This document shows, piece by piece, positions 59,314 through 64,000 of a stretch of 64,000 nt of DNA. The stretch's first letter is position 1. Every line of letters starts with the position of its first letter. Source of the DNA: an uncultured Desulfosarcina sp. (GTDB lineage: Bacteria > Desulfobacterota > Desulfobacteria > Desulfobacterales > Desulfosarcinaceae); contig CAXXWQ010000003.1 of NCBI GenBank assembly GCA_963674945.2, forward strand, positions 2,016,001-2,080,000. The letters are read 5' to 3'. The position numbers and the translations under genes are program-made. A model generated the notes under the pieces. It was not told the origin of the DNA. It saw only the letters and a list, made by a program, of their open reading frames with translations, and searched no databases.

Positions 59314-61356
59314 TTAGAAGTTATAGGTCACGCCTACCCGATAGCTGCGTTCGGCCATCAGGTAACCGCGCGCCCATTCCACGCGGTCGTCGAACAGGTT
59401 GAGAACACTGCCCCGCACCTCCCAATGGTCCATGAACCGATAGCGCATGGTCAGGTCCCAAAACTCGAAGCTGAGCTTCTTCTCCACAACGGTGGGGGAA
59501 ACATCCCAGTTTTCGACCATTTGCGGCCCGACGCGCACATAGCTCAGTTGGGAGGAAAAGCCCGCATAGCCGAAATTGAGCCCACTTTTTACCTCGTAGT
59601 TGGAGACATACAAGAGATCTTCTCCGGTCTCCTTATCCTCTTTGGTCGTGTTAAATGTGGTATTGGCGTAGAGGGACAGGCTGTAGTTCCAATCGAACAT
59701 CCGATCGATCCACCATTCCAGGTTGATGTCGAAACCAGCCAACTCGGCATCTCCCATATTGTCATATGTTTGGGCGTTTTCACCATCGATTTCCGTGTAT
59801 ACCCTGACAATCTTATCTTCGTAGTCGGTATGAAAGTAGCCGGTCTGAAGGGTGAAGAAATCGTGGAACACGTCCAGACCGACGTCATAGGTCAGGTTGG
59901 TCTCGGGTTCCAGGTCCGGGTTGCCCACAATACGGGTGTCATATTTATTCACATAGTCTGCGGAGAGTTGATCGGCCGAAGGCGATTTGAATCCTTCGCC
60001 TACGTTGGCCCTAAACCGCAGCAGTTCATCCATGAATTTGACACCGATGCCCAGCTTCGGCGATACATGGTCATAGGTCTCACTTTTTTCGTTGAAGACG
60101 GGGAGGTATCCTGTCTTGGGCCGTAAGGTCGTGACATCGAACCGGTCATAGCGGACGGCGGCGATGATGTTGATGCGATTGTCCCACAAATCCAGAGAGT
60201 CCTGCACGAACAGGGCGGTCGTATCGTACTCCATGCCGGGTGTATACGGTACTGTGGGTTCGCCGTCGGAAACGCCCTCTGCCTCTTTTTCCAACCATTC
60301 CAGCGTGAAGCCGGCGAGCAGTTTGTTCCAGGGAACCATGTCCCACACGAACTGATGGTCGGTTCCAAATGTCTCATCGGTGTATTTGGTTTGATCCAGT
60401 TCGGCCACGGGATCGCCGGTGTTCCAGTGGTTGATGTCGTGCAAGAAGTAGGCGAGACCACGCCAATGCACCTGGCCGTCGAAATAGTCGCCGTTGTACT
60501 CCAGGTCTGCGTATCCGTGGCTCTTGTCGTTGTGCTGGCAAGCATCTTCCCGATAGGCAGTGTACGCGTCATCTTCCCAATCGGGCGATTCGCTGGTCAG
60601 GTCGGCATAGTTGCCGCCCAATCGCAGTTCATGAAGATCGTTGATGGCAAACACCAGGTTGCCGCCGAAGTTTGTCTTCGTGACGCCGCTGTTGTAAACG
60701 GTACCGAAGATCGGATCGTCATAGTCGTCCATGTCCTCGTAAGAAGTTGCCGCAAAGAAGCGGAATCGTTCGTTGACCTCACCGCCGCCGGACAGCAGGC
60801 CTTTGTAGTAATCAAAACTGCCCACGTCGCCGCCGATGGAAGCGGTGAGCGGGCCGTCGCCTTTTTTCGTAATCATATTGATCACACCGCCAAGAGCAGC
60901 CGATCCGTATAGGGCCGATGCCGGTCCTTTGGTGATTTCCACTCGCTCGATGCGGTCCAGATTGATTTTCGCCGCGTTGCCCGTTCCGACACGGTGGCCG
61001 TCCACGAGAATCAAAATAGACCCTTTGATGTCGTCTCCATGGGATTCGGTCCGAAAACCCCGCATCCCAACGGGACTGAGCAACCCATTGTACTTGTGAA
61101 AATGACCGGTGACATATTTCCCGACAAGATCACCGATGTCCAGTGCGCCTGACATCTCGATCATTTTCCGGTCGATCACCTGGGTCGAAACCGGTACATC
61201 GATGGTCCGTTCCTGGGTTCGGGTACCGGTGACCACCAGATCATCCATGGATTGTGTGTCCGTTTTCTCTTCTTGCGCAAATGACGGTGTGCAGAGTGCA
61301 ACCAGCAGGGGCAGGGTCAGGAAAACTCGTTTCAACTCAATTCGATCGCGTTTCAT
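59314..61356 (-). CDS. TonB-dependent receptor (BtuB-like, B12-riboswitch controlled)
   Basis: Signal peptide, DDLVVTGTR TonB box, IERVEITKGPASALYGS, GNPDLEPE and C-terminal F. Confidence 0.93.
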   Translation of the reverse strand: MKRDRIELKRVFLTLPLLVALCTPSFAQEEKTDTQSMDDLVVTGTRTQERTIDVPVSTQVIDRKMIEMSGALDIGDLVGKYVTGHFHKYNGLLSPVGMRGFRTESHGDDIKGSILILVDGHRVGTGNAAKINLDRIERVEITKGPASALYGSAALGGVINMITKKGDGPLTASIGGDVGSFDYYKGLLSGGGEVNERFRFFAATSYEDMDDYDDPIFGTVYNSGVTKTNFGGNLVFAINDLHELRLGGNYADLTSESPDWEDDAYTAYREDACQHNDKSHGYADLEYNGDYFDGQVHWRGLAYFLHDINHWNTGDPVAELDQTKYTDETFGTDHQFVWDMVPWNKLLAGFTLEWLEKEAEGVSDGEPTVPYTPGMEYDTTALFVQDSLDLWDNRINIIAAVRYDRFDVTTLRPKTGYLPVFNEKSETYDHVSPKLGIGVKFMDELLRFRANVGEGFKSPSADQLSADYVNKYDTRIVGNPDLEPETNLTYDVGLDVFHDFFTLQTGYFHTDYEDKIVRVYTEIDGENAQTYDNMGDAELAGFDINLEWWIDRMFDWNYSLSLYANTTFNTTKEDKETGEDLLYVSNYEVKSGLNFGYAGFSSQLSYVRVGPQMVENWDVSPTVVEKKLSFEFWDLTMRYRFMDHWEVRGSVLNLFDDRVEWARGYLMAERSYRVGVTYNF

Positions 61357-61508
61357 CTTCTCTCTCCTCGTTGTTCTTTGATATGTTTCGTAATCATTGG
61401 ATCGACGAGGAGGAAGCCTTTCGTTGCAAGAGGAGCCATGTGGGCGCCCTTTGGCGATTATGCGTTTGACCGAATCCTCGTCAGTCCATTTCACTCATTT
61501 TGCAGGCG

Positions 61509-61695
61509 GCAGGTCTTCTGGCTTCGCCGTTCAATGGACGACCTTCCCATCCCCATTTATCTTTATGGGAACAGTGGTTCTCTTTCAGTCCATCGATTGC
61601 TTTTTCCCATGGGAAATTGCGGCGTTACAGCGTCGGGTACGCTCCCGATTTTCACGGGATTCCCTATTATCGCCCTTATGAGGCGGCCGGCTGCA
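61509..61695 (-). ncRNA. Cobalamin riboswitch
   Basis: Minus strand AATAGGGAATCCCGTGAAAATCGGGAGCG..GACGCTGTAA..ACCACTG..GGGAAGGT..AAGCCAGAAGACCTGCC. Confidence 0.92.
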
Positions 61696-61834
61696 CGGGG
61701 GAGTTATTTTGTGGGGTTCACCTCCTTTTCTTTCTGATTCTCAGTTCAACGTTCACGGTTTTCAGTTTTTGGTTCTCGGTTCAAGGTTCTCGGTACTTAA
61801 GTAAAATGGCAGAATTCCGATTAACCTTTAGCAT

Positions 61835-63001
61835 TCAGCCTGTTTCTTCCTCTCTTTCCCACTTATCGGCAAATCCCAAGGCCATGGCCCGGCAGGCCAG
61901 ATCGACGAAATCGTCGTTGCGACTTTCCGAGCAAGGCGGCGCCAAATGCTTCCGAAAATCGGATAGCGGTTCGTACTTCCCGCTGACGGCGCAAGCCACC
62001 TGGGCCGCATAGGCGCCCATCACCTCGCTCCAGCAACTGACCGGTAATACGCCCCAGGCGAATTTGTCCTTGAGATGGACCATTGCGGCCACGGCGGCAA
62101 CGGTGACTGGATCACGCTCGATTTCAGAAAAATTTTCGCGAAACAATCGCCCCTGTCGGTCGCTCAGATGGCGGCAGATCTTATCTTGCAGGACGGAACG
62201 ATTCACACCGAATCGTTCCAGGTGGATTTTTGCCGAGCACTGGCCGGCCGGGGTCAGACGGTTCTGGTTGGCCAGGGTCTGCTTGACAGCCGAAAATACC
62301 GCTCTGCCGATCAGCTCGCCCAGTTTGGCATGCTTGCCGGCACTGGTCAGCGGCACATCGTCGGTGCTCATGGCGGCCACGGTGATCTGATCGGTTCCGG
62401 TTCCGGTGGCCAGGCGTTCCGAATACCTGGAATTGACGGCCAGTTCCTGAAGTACCGCGCTCTTGGCCTCGGTGGCGGTCATGATCGTTCGCACCATGGC
62501 ACCGGGAATCAACGGCTTGTTGATGAGTACCATGGTATTGATGGTGCCGGGACCCGGATCGGACGCCGATGGAGCAAGTGTCTCGAAGCCGTCGGGGGTC
62601 TCGAATACCGATGCCGGGTCGCCGGCACGGCCGGCATTGGCCTCCACGCCGCCGGTGACGACCGCCACTACCATGAGGTCCCGGAACTCTTCGGCGATAA
62701 AGGCGGCGTTGTTCATGTTGGCGGCGGTTCCCATGGTAGCGCAGGTTTCGGCGGGAAGCCCGCAGGGTTCACAGGTCCGCTTCCGGTAGGCATCGGGATC
62801 ACGCCATAATTTCGCCGCCATCCGATGGCTGTGACCGGCCGGCTCGCAGCTCTGGTGGTTATAGATGTGAGACAGTCCTTCCTGCAAGCCGCCGGCGGCC
62901 CGACAGGTGGAGATCACCCGATGGGGGTGTATGAATTTGGCATAGATGATCTTTTCTTCCCGATGAATCTCTACGCCGTCGTAGTAGGTTTGGATCAACA
63001 T
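61835..63001 (-). CDS. cbiZ: Adenosylcobinamide amidohydrolase
   Basis: GTAANM, VTGGVEANAGRAGD, GTIN, TATEAK and ATGTGTD. Confidence 0.88.
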   Translation of the reverse strand: MLIQTYYDGVEIHREEKIIYAKFIHPHRVISTCRAAGGLQEGLSHIYNHQSCEPAGHSHRMAAKLWRDPDAYRKRTCEPCGLPAETCATMGTAANMNNAAFIAEEFRDLMVVAVVTGGVEANAGRAGDPASVFETPDGFETLAPSASDPGPGTINTMVLINKPLIPGAMVRTIMTATEAKSAVLQELAVNSRYSERLATGTGTDQITVAAMSTDDVPLTSAGKHAKLGELIGRAVFSAVKQTLANQNRLTPAGQCSAKIHLERFGVNRSVLQDKICRHLSDRQGRLFRENFSEIERDPVTVAAVAAMVHLKDKFAWGVLPVSCWSEVMGAYAAQVACAVSGKYEPLSDFRKHLAPPCSESRNDDFVDLACRAMALGFADKWEREEETG

Positions 63002-63005
63002 CTGG

Positions 63006-63152
63006 TCCTCAGTTCTCAGTTCACGGTTCTCAGTTCACTGTTCTCAGTTCACGGTTCTCAGTTCACGGTTCACAGTTCACGGTTCATGGTTCTCGATTCA
63101 CAGTTCTCGGTTCATGGTTCTCGGTTCTCCGTTTTGAACTGTGAACTTTGAA
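63006..63152. repeat. Degenerate heptamer tandem array GTTC(T/A)C(A/G) with inverted terminal copies
   Basis: Roughly 16-17 units, then TGAACTG/TGAACTT/TGAACCG; related arrays at ~61735-61795 and ~34409-34500. Confidence 0.85.
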
Positions 63153-63167
63153 CCGAGACTCATCATT

Positions 63168-63902
63168 TCAATCCCTCGCCTGGTTCACACACTTCAATGC
63201 GAGAACGAAAAAGAGCGCACCGACCACGATCAGAAGGCCGTAGGCCGAAAGGTCCGGCCGCTGCCCGAAGGCCGAGGCGCGAATGGCATCCGATGCGTGG
63301 GTGAGCGGCAGGACGGACAACGCCTTTTGTGCCCAGAGGGGCAGGCGGTCCAAAGGGAAAAAAGTGCCGCCCAGAAAGGCCATGGGGGTGATGATAAAGC
63401 TGGTCAACAGACTCTGGTCGGCGTGGGATTTGACCAGCATGGCCAACGCCACGGCAAGGGATGCGAACACGAAGCTGTTGAGCAGCACCGCCAACCAGAG
63501 CATTGGACCATACTGCAGCCGCACACCGAAAAATAGGCTGAGGATCAGGATGACACCGATGGCCAGGATGGCCCTGGTCATGCCTGCCAGCACTTCTCCG
63601 GTCACATAGGCGATGTTGCGGATGGGGGCCGCCTGGAACTCCTCGAAAATGTACCAGTAAAAACGTGCGACGTTAATGTCCGTGGCGATGCCGAAGCTCT
63701 GGGTCATACTGCTCATGGCGATCAGGCCGGGGATGAGAAATTCCAGATAGGTATGTCCGTCGACGCGCACCGCGTCTCCCATGGCGTAACCGAAGGCGAT
63801 GAGGTAGAGAAGTGGAGACACGGCCATGCCGGCCAACTGGCGATACAGCCGTCGCCTGAGGATCAACAATTCACGTAGATAAACGGCAATGAACCCTTGC
63901 AT
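63168..63902 (-). CDS. ABC-2 type transporter permease
   Basis: YLEFLIPGLIAM, PMAFLGGTFFP and PLTHA; likely start MQGF. Confidence 0.9.
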   Translation of the reverse strand: MQGFIAVYLRELLILRRRLYRQLAGMAVSPLLYLIAFGYAMGDAVRVDGHTYLEFLIPGLIAMSSMTQSFGIATDINVARFYWYIFEEFQAAPIRNIAYVTGEVLAGMTRAILAIGVILILSLFFGVRLQYGPMLWLAVLLNSFVFASLAVALAMLVKSHADQSLLTSFIITPMAFLGGTFFPLDRLPLWAQKALSVLPLTHASDAIRASAFGQRPDLSAYGLLIVVGALFFVLALKCVNQARD

Positions 63903-64000
63903 AGTAAAACCTTTTTTTCGTAAAATTCTCAACGAAGCCAACAGTAAAGAAAAAAATAAACCCAATCGCTATTTGAAAAAGTGTTACGTTTGAAGTGTTA

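Noticed and set aside
58879..60126. 415-aa plus-strand ORF and the many other overlapping ORFs in the GC-rich half
   Set aside because: Antisense shadows of well-supported genes, as expected from high-GC codon bias.

Overview
Two compartments. (1) Positions 1 to ~32440 are a visibly AT-rich integrated element. Its right end abuts the 3' end of a tRNA-Phe gene (32441-32513), next to a tyrosine integrase; its left end lies outside the window. Defence-type cargo: an edge-truncated CD-NTase (CBASS cyclase, absent from the ORF track) preceded by two small ORFs and an ImmA/IrrE peptidase + XRE-HTH + ECF sigma module, a TIR-X-EEP nuclease trio, and a transmembrane HEAT-NACHT-like NTPase flanked by 158-bp direct repeats. 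Other cargo: two divergent PsbP-like/peptidoglycan hydrolase pairs, two Frpo-like ssDNA-promoter hairpins driving tiny genes, a second integrase with an apparently intact attP, and a Replic_Relax + VirD4-like mobilisation module. Three apparently identical IS1595 copies and one TGT-ended DDE IS interrupt the island. Many island genes look Patescibacteria-like (inference). (2) Positions 32441-64000 are GC-richer host chromosome, probably Desulfobacterota: SLC13 permease, leuDC, lepA, a DGC, pfpI, pstSCAB-phoU-phoBR, a transposase and a cobalamin/metal region with two B12 riboswitches, a TonB receptor, cbiZ and a decayed cobN. The most striking unannotated signals are tandem NrdR-box matches at the CD-NTase promoter, NrdR-box matches placed symmetrically inside both IS1595 ends, and a three-copy ATACGA-N5-GGTTACA motif linking the sigma gene to the CBASS-leading operon. 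All family assignments are from motif recognition by eye; no searches were run.
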